64,000 nucleotides of DNA from Elusimicrobiota bacterium. GTDB taxonomy: Bacteria > Elusimicrobiota > Elusimicrobia > Elusimicrobiales > UBA9959. The DNA is taken from positions 82,233 to 146,232 of the forward strand of contig JACRER010000079.1 of assembly GCA_016234365.1 (NCBI GenBank). The letters run 5' to 3'. The translations under genes and the position numbers were made by a program. The notes beneath the pieces were generated by a model. That model was not told the origin of the DNA and made no database searches. It saw only the letters and a program-made list of their open reading frames with translations. Below are positions 38,532 to 48,256 of the stretch, piece after piece. The stretch's first letter is position 1. Every line of letters begins with the position of its first letter.

Positions 38532-39461
38532 ATGATTATGCCGGATCCACGACCAGGTCCCGCGGGCGGGAATTGTTTCCTGTGCAGGAGCGCGGACTTT
38601 TTGCCTGTTTACCCCACGGTCCCTTATGGCCTGATAAAGTGCTCCTCCTGCGGTATGGTCAGGATAGCGCCCATGCCGGACCCGGCGGTCAGCCTGGAAA
38701 TAAACGAGGCCGTATATTCCGCGGCTGAATATAAAGAACGCTATTTCAAAGACAGACATAATTTCGCCGCTTGGGCGCGGGAGAAACTGCGGTTGATAGA
38801 GCGTTGCAGGCCGGGGAAGGGCCGTATCCTCGACGTGGGCTGCAGTTACGGAGTGTTCATAGAAGAGGCCGCGAAGCTGGGTTGGGATGCCTGCGGCTGC
38901 GAGTTGAATCCTGTTACCGGCAATTATTCCCGCGACCGTTTCGGCGGGAAAGTGCACGCCGGAGACCTGGCTACGGCGCCTTTCCATCTTGCCTCGTTCG
39001 ACGTTATAACCTTGTGGGACGTGATAGAGCATCAGCCCGACCCGGCGGCCTTCCTGAAGACCGCGGCCAAATACCTGAAAGACGACGGGCTGATCTTCCT
39101 GCAGGTCCCGAATTTCGACAGTTATATCTCCGGGCTTAAAAAAGACGGCTGGGATTGGCTTACGCCCGGTGATCACAAATACTTCTTCACTCCGGCTACG
39201 CTTGTCCGTACCGCGGCCGCCGCCGGCTTTTCGCTGATATACCTGAAAACCTGGGAGCCGACGAGGTATTTTATAGACTCCCTCATCGGACTTGGTGAAA
39301 GGAGCGGGCCTGTTGCGGATATATACAGGGCGACTGTAGTGCGGTTTGTCCGGCTTTTCCTCTTTTTCCTGTTCCTGCCTTTCCAGAGCCGGCTGCGGGA
39401 CGCGGATAGAGGCGCTTTACTGGTATGCGGGTTCTCCAGGAAGGAGGGCACCGATGCTTAA
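38532..39461 (+). CDS. Class I SAM-dependent methyltransferase with N-terminal Zn ribbon
   Basis: CFLC...CSSCG, ILDVGCSYG, WDVIEH. Confidence 0.9.
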   Translation: MIMPDPRPGPAGGNCFLCRSADFLPVYPTVPYGLIKCSSCGMVRIAPMPDPAVSLEINEAVYSAAEYKERYFKDRHNFAAWAREKLRLIERCRPGKGRILDVGCSYGVFIEEAAKLGWDACGCELNPVTGNYSRDRFGGKVHAGDLATAPFHLASFDVITLWDVIEHQPDPAAFLKTAAKYLKDDGLIFLQVPNFDSYISGLKKDGWDWLTPGDHKYFFTPATLVRTAAAAGFSLIYLKTWEPTRYFIDSLIGLGERSGPVADIYRATVVRFVRLFLFFLFLPFQSRLRDADRGALLVCGFSRKEGTDA

Positions 39462-40383
39462 GTCTGTATTTAAGGCTCTTTCCCCTGCGTTCAGAGGCAG
39501 CCTCCTTCCCTTTCCCAGGAAGGTGCAGATAGAGACCACTACGGTTTGCAATGCCAACTGCATAATGTGTCCACACTCTTCCATAACCAGGGTCAAGGGG
39601 CATATGCAGTATCCCCTTTTCAAGAAGATAATAGACGAATGCGCGGAACACGCCGGCCAAGTCGCGGAGGTTTACCCCTTCCTGAACGGGGAGCTCTTCC
39701 TCACCCCGCAGTGGGAGAATTACCTGGCCTACGCCCGGAAAAAACTCCCGGCAGCCCGCATCATAGTTTTCACTAATGGCTCTCTTCTGAACGAGGAAAA
39801 CACAGGCAAACTGCTGGAGATAGCCCCGGACGCGCTCAACGTGAGTTTCGACGGGACCAGCAAGGAAGCTTATGAGTCCATCCGCCGTAACCTGAAGTTA
39901 GAGGAGGTGGAGGGGAATATCCGCGCGTTCATGGCGCGGCGCGGCTCAGACCCTTCCGGGAAACCGCGGGTTTCCATTTCCGTCATAGAAATGGACAAGA
40001 CGGCCGCGGATATTCCCGCGTTCGTAGAGAAGTGGGGAAAGGTCGTAGATAAGGTCTCCGTGGAGCCGTACAATACCTGGACGGGAGAAATAGCCGACAG
40101 GGGCGTGAAGGGCCGTCAGTCCCGATCGCGTGTTCCCTGCCCCAGGCTTTGGCAGAACCTGACAGTGCTTAATTCCGGCAAAGTGGCCCTGTGTTGTCTT
40201 GACTACGACGGACAGGTAGAAATAGGGGACCTGAATTCCGCTTCTATAGAGGAAGTCTGGACTGGGGAACGCCTGCGTGAGATGCGACGCATGCATGAGG
40301 CCGGAGAATATGACGGCTCCGGCATATGCCGCGACTGTGACTATGGCAAGTATCAGTCTGAAACGCCCTTCTGGTGGCGATAA
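39454..40383 (+). CDS. Radical SAM / SPASM-domain protein
   Basis: CNANCIMC (CxxxCxxC); C-terminal CPRLW...GKVALCC...CRDC; start at ATG 39454 after GGAGG. Confidence 0.92.
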   Translation: MLKSVFKALSPAFRGSLLPFPRKVQIETTTVCNANCIMCPHSSITRVKGHMQYPLFKKIIDECAEHAGQVAEVYPFLNGELFLTPQWENYLAYARKKLPAARIIVFTNGSLLNEENTGKLLEIAPDALNVSFDGTSKEAYESIRRNLKLEEVEGNIRAFMARRGSDPSGKPRVSISVIEMDKTAADIPAFVEKWGKVVDKVSVEPYNTWTGEIADRGVKGRQSRSRVPCPRLWQNLTVLNSGKVALCCLDYDGQVEIGDLNSASIEEVWTGERLREMRRMHEAGEYDGSGICRDCDYGKYQSETPFWWR

Positions 40384-41531
40384 AAAGAATGCGATACTTC
40401 GTCTATTATTACCTGTATGACCCCCGTCTGCGCTCGGTGCCGGGCGGCCCCATGAAGATTTTCGATCTTTGCAACAACCTGGTGAAGCTCGGACACGAGG
40501 TCGTGCTTTTTGCGCCTGACATTGGCAGTCCAAGATCACAGACGGCGGCGAAAGTGGTGGCGATACCCGCTTTCGGGGTCCCGGTGCTGGGCATACTATG
40601 GCATGAAGCGGCCAGCCTGGCGGTTTCACTGCTGTATCTGGCGTGGGGGCGCTGCGATGCGGTATATGTGCGAATTACAACTTCCTTCGTGCCGTTGCTC
40701 ATTGCGCGCCTGGCTGCCGCCCGCCTGTTCACCGACGTCAATGACGACCCGTTCTACCGCTACGACTCCGAGCGGGGGCCGGGTCGGCTGAAACTGCCTT
40801 GCGTGCGCACCTGCGACGCGCTTAACCTGAAAAACAGCTACAGGGTGTTCGTCGTCAACTCCGCCGTGGCGGAGAAGCTGCGGCTGCGGCTCGGCCTGGC
40901 CGCGGAAAAACTGGAGGTGATGCTCAGCGGTGCTAACACGGACGTGTTCAGGCCGCTAGCCAGGGACGGGGCCTGCGCGGAGTTGGGGCTGGACCCTTCG
41001 CTGAGGTATCTCTGTTTTGTGGGCAGCCTTAACCACTGGAACGATTATTCTCTGCTCGCGGCCGTGGTCAGGAGGGTGACGGCGGCGCTGCCAGGCGTGC
41101 GCTGTCTTGTGGTTGGGGACGTTTCGGAAGAGCAGCTGCGGTTGGTCTCCGGCTCTCCTTTCATCCTGGCGGGCAGGGTCCCGCCGGCGGCCGCGGCGAA
41201 ATATATCTCCTGCTCCGAGGTGTGCCTGGCGCCGCTCATCCCGCAATGGCGAGAGATCCGCTCCGTGAAGATCTTCGATTATCTGGCCTGCGGCAGGCCG
41301 GTGGCGGCCACAAAAGCGCCGGATGCGGACAACGTGTTCTCGGACTGCCCGGCCGTGGCGATAACGCCCTCCGGTGACGAGGATGCTTTCTTTAGATCCG
41401 TTATGCGATTATTGTCGGACCCGGCCGGCGCTGCCGCTTTGGGCGCCGCGGGTCGCGAGTTGGTGGTGCGCAAGCATGACCGGGCCGCCGCAGCCAGGCG
41501 GCTGGCAGAGCTGACCGGAGGACGTAAGTGA
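40374..41531 (+). CDS. Glycosyltransferase family 4
   Basis: GHEV, FVGSL, KIFDYLACGRPV; alternative ATG at 40389. Confidence 0.88.
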   Translation: MAIKRMRYFVYYYLYDPRLRSVPGGPMKIFDLCNNLVKLGHEVVLFAPDIGSPRSQTAAKVVAIPAFGVPVLGILWHEAASLAVSLLYLAWGRCDAVYVRITTSFVPLLIARLAAARLFTDVNDDPFYRYDSERGPGRLKLPCVRTCDALNLKNSYRVFVVNSAVAEKLRLRLGLAAEKLEVMLSGANTDVFRPLARDGACAELGLDPSLRYLCFVGSLNHWNDYSLLAAVVRRVTAALPGVRCLVVGDVSEEQLRLVSGSPFILAGRVPPAAAAKYISCSEVCLAPLIPQWREIRSVKIFDYLACGRPVAATKAPDADNVFSDCPAVAITPSGDEDAFFRSVMRLLSDPAGAAALGAAGRELVVRKHDRAAAARRLAELTGGRK

Positions 41532-42679
41532 GGATCGCCGTTACTTGCTATGAGAGCCTTGGCTTGCCCGGCGGCAGCGCGCTGCAGGTGCTCCGCCTGG
41601 CCGAAGGGCTCGCGGCCGCGGGACATGAGGTCATTGTCTATTCGCCCGGCATTACCACCGTTCAAGCCGCCGGAGTGAGTGTGGTATATATCCCAGTGAT
41701 AAATCTGCGCGGCTTGAGGTTCCCCTCGTATCTGCTCGCGGCGCCGTTCTTCCTGGCTTACCGGTTCCTGCGGTCAAGGCCGGACGCCGTCCTGGCTTTC
41801 GAGGTCTACTTCGATTGTTCGGTTTTACTGGCCGCAAAGCTCGCCGGGGCACCGCTTCACGCGTTCATTAACGCTATCGCGGAGCAGGAACTGGACCTTG
41901 GCGGGGCGAGGCTGCCGCTCAAATGGGCTCTCCACGCCGTGCAGCGTCTCCTGGTGCGGTCCGCCCGGGGGCTTTTTACGGTTTCGGAAGAGATCTCAGC
42001 CTGGCTGGCGGACAAGTACGGCGTGCCGCCGGGTTTTCCGGTAGTAGTAAAGAACGGAGTAGACACAAAGCTTTTCTCACCCCGGCCGCGAAGCGAGGCT
42101 GTGAAGACGGCTGGCCTGCCGGAGTCCGCGATGTACGTCGGTTTTGTCGGGTGCCCCGCAGTGTGGCACGGTTTGGAATATCTCGCGGATGCTGCCCCGC
42201 TGATATTGAGGGAGTTCCCGGCCGCTAAATTCCTTATAGTCGGGGACGGACCGGCGCTGCCTGCCTTTCGCGAATACGTCAGCCTCCGCGGGCTCGAGAA
42301 GGATTTCCTGTTCATTGGCGCGGTCCCCCACGGGGATGTGCCCGCCTATATAGGGGCCTGCGAGTTATGCGTGGTGCTGTTCAGACCGGTGCGCTCTTAC
42401 CCGGGGGACCCGATGAAGATTTACGAATATCTCGCCTGCGGAAGGCCCGTGGTAGCCAGCGCCGTGCCTGGGTACGGAGACTTCGTGGAGGCCGCCGGCG
42501 CCGGAGTTTCCGCGGATGCCTCCAACCCAGCCGCGCTTGCTTCCGCAATAAACAAACTTCTTCTGGATGCTGGCGCCAGGGCAAGGATGGGACAAAATGC
42601 CAGGCAGGCGGCTGAGTCTGGGCACAGCTGGGCAGCGCGCGCTGAAAAGATAGCTAATGAGTTAGCCGGGGGGCGATGA
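41528..42679 (+). CDS. Glycosyltransferase family 4
   Basis: NGVDTKLF, IVGDGP, PMKIYEYLACGRPVV. Confidence 0.9.
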   Translation: MRIAVTCYESLGLPGGSALQVLRLAEGLAAAGHEVIVYSPGITTVQAAGVSVVYIPVINLRGLRFPSYLLAAPFFLAYRFLRSRPDAVLAFEVYFDCSVLLAAKLAGAPLHAFINAIAEQELDLGGARLPLKWALHAVQRLLVRSARGLFTVSEEISAWLADKYGVPPGFPVVVKNGVDTKLFSPRPRSEAVKTAGLPESAMYVGFVGCPAVWHGLEYLADAAPLILREFPAAKFLIVGDGPALPAFREYVSLRGLEKDFLFIGAVPHGDVPAYIGACELCVVLFRPVRSYPGDPMKIYEYLACGRPVVASAVPGYGDFVEAAGAGVSADASNPAALASAINKLLLDAGARARMGQNARQAAESGHSWAARAEKIANELAGGR

Positions 42680-43422
42680 TGACGGGGCAACCGGAACGCA
42701 CAGGTTTTAGCAGGGTCATACACGGACTGGCCGCCGCTATCCTGCGGACCGACGGGGAACAGACCCGGTTGCGCGGGGATTTTCATCGCCTGCTCGGCAG
42801 AGCTGGAACCGCCCGGGCCATTCTGGATGTGGGTGCCGCTGACGGCCTGATGACGCTTGAATATGCCCGGCTGCTGAAAGTTCCGGAAGGCGGAGTTTTC
42901 GGGATAGAGGTAATGGATCATTACCTTGAGAGGATCGCCAAGGGAGTGAAAGCTCAGAAGCTGGACATAGAGAAGGAGCCTTTTCCTTACCAGGACGGGG
43001 CTTTCGACGTAGTGGTCTGCAACCAGGTGCTGGAGCACCTTAAGAATATTTTCCTGCCGCTGTCGGAAATGGAGAGGGTCTTGAAACCCGGCGGCCGCCT
43101 GGCGCTGGGGATACCGAATCTCGCGGGGCTGCATAACAGGGTACTGTTGGCGTTCGGTTCCCAGCCGCTGTGTAACGCTATCTCGGGGCCGCATGTGCGG
43201 TGTTTCACGCATAAAGGCTTTCTGGAATTACTGCGGTCCAACGGGAACTTTACAGTGGAAGCCGTGGCGGGGTCTTCGCTTTACCCGCTGCCCTGGCCTT
43301 TGGTGGACTTCGGGGCCAGGTTTTTCCCCGGGCTCAGCGCCTATACTTTTTACCTTTTACGCAAAACAGGAACTGGTTCCGGCGGCTGGTCGCGGAAGTC
43401 GATAGGCGACACTTGTCTTTGA
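42676..43422 (+). CDS. Class I SAM-dependent methyltransferase
   Basis: ILDVGAADG, FDVV, QVLEHL, RVLKPGG. Confidence 0.88.
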   Translation: MMTGQPERTGFSRVIHGLAAAILRTDGEQTRLRGDFHRLLGRAGTARAILDVGAADGLMTLEYARLLKVPEGGVFGIEVMDHYLERIAKGVKAQKLDIEKEPFPYQDGAFDVVVCNQVLEHLKNIFLPLSEMERVLKPGGRLALGIPNLAGLHNRVLLAFGSQPLCNAISGPHVRCFTHKGFLELLRSNGNFTVEAVAGSSLYPLPWPLVDFGARFFPGLSAYTFYLLRKTGTGSGGWSRKSIGDTCL

Positions 43423-43443
43423 CGGCCGCAGCGGAAACTGAGA

Positions 43444-44625
43444 ATGAAAAAAGTAGTTTATCTAACGGCGCTCGGCAAGGCTTACGCGCGCTCCGGCATG
43501 GAAGCCGGGGCGGATATCCTGCGGCTTGTGACGGCCATGAACGCCGGCGCGGAGACCCTGGGCTGGCGGGCCGCGGCCGTGGCGCGCTACGAGAAGTTGC
43601 GCATCTTCACTCCCGAAAGGGAAGCTATGCCCGCCCCGGAGCTGGCCCCTACGCAGGATTTCTTCCGGGGCCTGAAGGATTTTAAAGCCCGGCTGGACTT
43701 TGGCGGTATCGTGCGCGCCTACGCCGCCAAGCTGGATGAGTACGGCCCCGAGCTGGAGCAGGCCGACCTGGTGCACGCCTGGGATACGCCGGCGGTGGTG
43801 GCCTTTAAAAAAATGTCGGAAGGCTGGCTCATCAAAAAGCCGCTGCTCTTCACTCCGGAAGCCGTTTTCTGTTCTCCCAGGCCGCACTGGCTGGATACGC
43901 AGCGCCGGCTGGTCCTGGACATGGTGGACGCGCTGGTGCTGCCCGGGGCCTGGGCCTGCGCCGCTATCACGGATGAATTTGGTTTCAAGCGCAAGTGCCA
44001 TACCCTGCCCAGGGGCATAGAGGATTTTAAATACCTGCGGAAAGGCCGTATACGGGCGGAACTAGGGCTGAAGGATACCGATATCCTGGTCTGCGCCATG
44101 GGGCGGTTAAGCCGCGAGAGCGGCTTCAAGTCGCTGGTTGACGCCATGCGCCTGGCGCTCAAGAAAAAACCAAAAGGGCTCTACTGCGCTATCGCCGGCG
44201 CCGGGCCGGAAGAGGGGGCGCTCCGGTCCCGCGTGGCGGAACTGGGCCTCGAGGACAGGGTAAGGCTTTTAGGCTTCCGCCAGGACGCCGGAGAGCTCAT
44301 GGCCGACGCCGAGATCTTCGCGGCGCCTGCGCTCAAGACCATGTCCGACCAGGGTGTGATAGAGGCCCTGCGCTCCGGTCTCGCTGTGATCTCGTCGGAC
44401 GCCGGTGGCAATCCGGAGGCGCTGGGTTGGGGCCAGGCTGGCCTGTTGGTGCCGCCCGGGGACCCAGGGGCCATGGCCGAGGCCCTGCTCAGGGTCGCCG
44501 GCAGCCCCAAGGAACTCGTCTACCTTTCGGCACGGGCCAGGGAATTCTATTCCAAGACCCATTCGCTTCCGGCGCTGGCTTCCGGGGCCGCGCATATATA
44601 TAATAAGACGCTGGAAGACCTCTAA
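43444..44625 (+). CDS. Glycosyltransferase family 4 (atypical donor-binding motif)
   Basis: GRL, IAGAGPEE, LLGFRQD, EALRSGLAVI, GGNPE; first Glu of the E-x7-E motif absent. Confidence 0.82.
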   Translation: MKKVVYLTALGKAYARSGMEAGADILRLVTAMNAGAETLGWRAAAVARYEKLRIFTPEREAMPAPELAPTQDFFRGLKDFKARLDFGGIVRAYAAKLDEYGPELEQADLVHAWDTPAVVAFKKMSEGWLIKKPLLFTPEAVFCSPRPHWLDTQRRLVLDMVDALVLPGAWACAAITDEFGFKRKCHTLPRGIEDFKYLRKGRIRAELGLKDTDILVCAMGRLSRESGFKSLVDAMRLALKKKPKGLYCAIAGAGPEEGALRSRVAELGLEDRVRLLGFRQDAGELMADAEIFAAPALKTMSDQGVIEALRSGLAVISSDAGGNPEALGWGQAGLLVPPGDPGAMAEALLRVAGSPKELVYLSARAREFYSKTHSLPALASGAAHIYNKTLEDL

Positions 44626-44626
44626 A

Positions 44627-45754
44627 ATGTCGCGCAAACTTAAACTGCTTTTTGTGATAGAGAACGCGGCCTACGGCGGCGGGGAGAAGGTATTTTCCCT
44701 GCTCATCCGTTCTTTGCCCGCTGAGAAGTTCGAGCTTTTCTGCGCGGCACTGCCGCAGGGCAGGTTCTACGAAGAGACCAGGGACCGCTGCCGCTTCCTG
44801 CCGCTGGACCTTTCCCGCAGGTTCAATTTCTGGAATATCGGCCTGCTGCGCAAAATGATGACGGACAACGGTATAGACATTGCGCACAGTCAGGGGGCGC
44901 GGGCCGATTTCTTCTGCGCGCTGGCCGCCGCCGGAACCCGGGCCAAGGCCGTTTCTACCGTGGCCATGCCGGTGGAGGGGTTCGACGTCTGCCTGCCGAA
45001 AAAACTGGCTTACCTGGCGCTTAATTCGTTCGCGGCGCGCAAGATGGCGGCCGCAGTAACGGTTTCCGGGACTCTGGAGAAGCAACTGCGCGGCAAATAT
45101 CCGCTGGTGGAGCTGATACCGAACCCGGTGGACCTGTCCGAATTCAGCCCTTCCAATTTCGACGCCGGTCCTGTCATAGAGCGCTTCGGGCTGCGCGGGC
45201 GCACGGTAATGGCCGCGCTCGGCAGGCTGGAATGGCAGAAGGGGTACCCGCAGCTTCTCTCGGCGCTGGAGCTGATGTTCAGGCGCGAACCGGAATTAAA
45301 GCAAAGGCTCGTCTGCCTGGTAGGCGGTACGGGCAGCCTGGAAAAGAAACTCAAGAGGCAGGTTGAAGCCTCCGGCCTCTCCGGCAGTGTGATCTTCTGC
45401 GGAGACGTGGCCAATGCCCGGGATTTCCTGGGTGCGGCCGATATCTTTGTTATGCCTTCCCTGCGCGAAGGGCAGCCCCTGGCGCTGCTGGAAGCCATGG
45501 CCATGGCCAAGCCGATAGTAGCCACGGCGATCCCCGGCATAAAGGACACCGTGGACGGCGGTAAAGAAGCGCTGTTGGTGGCGCCGGCCGACCCTCAAGC
45601 CTTGGCAAACTCCCTGTTGGAGCTGCTGCGCGACATGCCCGCCGCCATGAGCATGGGCGCCAAGGCCCGCGCCAAAGCCGAGCGCTATGGCCTGCCGGAC
45701 TACGTGGCCGCTCACGAGGCTTTTTACCATAAACTTTCCGGGGAGGCGCGCTGA
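44627..45754 (+). CDS. Glycosyltransferase family 4
   Basis: GGGE, GRLEWQKG, PSLREGQPLALLEAMA; ATG at 44627. Confidence 0.92.
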   Translation: MSRKLKLLFVIENAAYGGGEKVFSLLIRSLPAEKFELFCAALPQGRFYEETRDRCRFLPLDLSRRFNFWNIGLLRKMMTDNGIDIAHSQGARADFFCALAAAGTRAKAVSTVAMPVEGFDVCLPKKLAYLALNSFAARKMAAAVTVSGTLEKQLRGKYPLVELIPNPVDLSEFSPSNFDAGPVIERFGLRGRTVMAALGRLEWQKGYPQLLSALELMFRREPELKQRLVCLVGGTGSLEKKLKRQVEASGLSGSVIFCGDVANARDFLGAADIFVMPSLREGQPLALLEAMAMAKPIVATAIPGIKDTVDGGKEALLVAPADPQALANSLLELLRDMPAAMSMGAKARAKAERYGLPDYVAAHEAFYHKLSGEAR

Positions 45755-47295
45755 TGTGCGGCATCTGCGGCTTTAGCGGACCCTCTAATGAGCCCCTGCT
45801 CAAAGGCATGGCGGCGTCGCTGGCTCACCGCGGGCCCGACGAGGACGGCTTCTTCAGCGACGGGGGGAATATTTCCCTCGGCATGCGCCGCCTTAAGATC
45901 ATAGACTTCGCCACCGGTTCCCAGCCAATTTCCAACGAAGATAATACCGTTACCGTGGTCTTCAACGGGGAGATCTATAATTTCAAGGAATTGCGCGCGG
46001 ACCTTCAGGCGAAGGGACACCGCTTTCGCACCAATACCGACACCGAAGTGCTGGTGCATCTCTACGAGGAGCATGGCGAGGCCTTCCCTAAACTGCTGCG
46101 CGGCATGTTCGCTTTCGCGCTGTGGGACGCCAAAGCGCGCAAGCTCATGCTCGCGCGCGACCAGTTCGGCATAAAGCCGTTGTACTACGCTCTATCCGGC
46201 AACAGGCTGTATTTCGCTTCCGAGCTGAAGGCGCTGCGCCTGGCGGCCGGGGTATGCGGGGACCTGGACCCGCTGGCCGTGGACTACTATTTCACTTACC
46301 TCTATGTCCCGGCGCCGCTCACTATCTACAAGGGCGTAAAGAAATTAGAGCCGGCTTCCACGCTGGTTTTCAGCGGCGGGGCCGTGCGGACCGCTAAGTA
46401 CTGGGAACTGCAGGCGGTGCCAGGAGAAGAGCGGACTGAGGAATATTGCCTGGAGGGCATCAAGGACCTGCTGTCCAAGAGCGTGAAAGAACAGTTGGTC
46501 AGCGACGTGCCCCTGGGCCTCCTGCTTTCCGGCGGCATGGATTCGGTCTCCATCCTGGCCTTCATGGCGGAGCACGCCGGCGCCGGGGTAAAAGCGTTTA
46601 CCGCGGGCTTTGGCGAGGAGAGCTTTGACGAACTGCCGGCCGCGCGCGCCGCCGCCAGGCATTTCGGGGCGGAACATATAGAGATCCCCGTGCGGGCCGA
46701 TATCGGCGCGGTGATAAGGGAGCTGGCCGGGCAGTTCGACGAGCCTTTCGCGGATTCCTCGGCGCTGGCCAACTATCTGGTGACCAAAGAAGCCCGCAAG
46801 CACGTGACCGTGGCGCTGGCCGGGGTAGGGGGGGGACGAACTTTTTGCCGGTTACCCGCGCCACCTTGGCGCCCGCCTGCTGCCCGCCTACCTGAAAGTC
46901 CCGGCGGCCCTGAGAGGGTTCGCCGGCCGGGCCGCGTTAAACTGCTCGGTTTCCGGCAGGACGTCGGCGAGCTGCTGGCGGATTCCGAGATCTTTGTGGC
47001 GCCGGCGGTAAAGACCATGTCCGACCAGGGCGTAATAGAGGCCATGCGCGCCGGGCTGGCCATAATCTCCGCCGACGCCGGCGGCAACCCGGAGGCCCTA
47101 AACTGGGGCCAGGCCGGAAAACTGGTGCCCGCCGGCGACGCGGTGGCGCTGGCCTCCGCGCTTTCCTCCCTGGCGGGCAGCCCCCGCGACCTTATCTCCC
47201 TGGCGGCGCGCGCCAGAGAGTTTTACACGAAGACCCACTCGCTGCCGGCCCTCGCCGCCGGGGCGGCGCGCATCTATCATTCAGTATTGAAGTAG
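45754..47295 (+). pseudogene. asnB: Truncated asparagine-synthase-like amidotransferase, frameshifted and fused to a GT4 C-terminal fragment
   Basis: MCGICG, HRGPD, NGEIYN, LSGGMDS, DEPFADSS; GGDELFAGY lies in another frame after G8 (46828-46835); from about 46930 the sequence is paralogous to 44257-44625. Confidence 0.85.
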
Positions 47296-47372
47296 CGGCC
47301 TCCGCGCCTTTACCCCTTCCCCGGCTTTATCCTATTATAGATGTGCCGGTTACTATCTAAAGGGGTTTGGAT

Positions 47373-48083
47373 ATGCGACAGCGAACGCTGCTTCTCATCG
47401 ACGACGATAAATTCTGGTCCGGCATGACCGCCGGGTTTTTTAAGAGAAATAATTACAGGGTCGTGACCGCGGCGACCTGCGCCGATGGCCTGCGGCTGGC
47501 CGCGGAGACGCGGCCTGATTGCGTTTTGCTGGATTTTCACCTGCCGGACGCGGATGGTTGCTCCGGCGCATTCGCCATCCGGAATGACGGCAACCTCAAA
47601 AAAACTCCTGTGATAATGGCCAGTTGCGATGGCACAAAAGAACTGACGGCCTGCCGGGATTATAAAGTGGACGGCTTCTTTCTGAAGCCGGGCCGCTATG
47701 AAAGACTTCTCGATATGGTGGATGGGCTTTTACGGCGCGTAGAGTGGGAGCGCGGCATATTGACTCACAAGGATATACGCCTGGATGGCACCTCGTTTAC
47801 CGTTTCCCGGGACGCGAGGCTGGTGGCCAAACTTACGAAAGAGCAGTTCCGGCTGCTTTTTGGGCTTGTAGAACGTACTCCGGATATCGTCAGCAATCTG
47901 GAGATAGCCAGGAACGTTTTCGGCCCGGAAACCGTTGAAGAACGGGAGGACGCTATCCGCGGACTGGCGCACCGCCTGAGGGTGAATCTCGGGGCGCGGC
48001 TGGGCCACCGCATAAAGTCGCGCGCCGGAGAAGGGTGGGGCTACCTCCACCCCGCAGATAAGAAGCGCCAGCAGCGAAAGTGA
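47373..48083 (+). CDS. Response regulator with OmpR-like winged-helix output domain
   Basis: LLIDDD, LDFHL, FFLKP; C-terminal LTKEQFRLL...HRLRVNLG...IKSRAGEGWGY. Confidence 0.88.
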   Translation: MRQRTLLLIDDDKFWSGMTAGFFKRNNYRVVTAATCADGLRLAAETRPDCVLLDFHLPDADGCSGAFAIRNDGNLKKTPVIMASCDGTKELTACRDYKVDGFFLKPGRYERLLDMVDGLLRRVEWERGILTHKDIRLDGTSFTVSRDARLVAKLTKEQFRLLFGLVERTPDIVSNLEIARNVFGPETVEEREDAIRGLAHRLRVNLGARLGHRIKSRAGEGWGYLHPADKKRQQRK

Positions 48084-48121
48084 TCCGGCGGCGTCATCTC
48101 CGACGTGAAATGTGAAAAACT

Positions 48122-48165
48122 ATCACGCGCGCGTGATTGACTATGTTCGTCCGCTTGCTTATACT
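48122..48165 (+). promoter_or_regulatory. Sigma70 promoter of the Rhs gene with abutting perfect palindrome
   Basis: atcacgcgcgcgtgat (48122-48137); TTGACT (48137-48142), 17 bp, TATACT (48160-48165). Confidence 0.7.
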
Positions 48166-48256
48166 TGATAGGTGCCAGGCGGCTTGGCGCGTTGTCGGGA
48201 ATGCCGCCGGGCCCTTGTGGCACCTGGATTTTCAGTAAAGTAGCGCATCAACGCCA

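Noticed and set aside
48108-48127. CRP-like site tgtga...tcac
   Set aside because: The spacer is 7 rather than 6 bp and the second half-site is part of a different palindrome.
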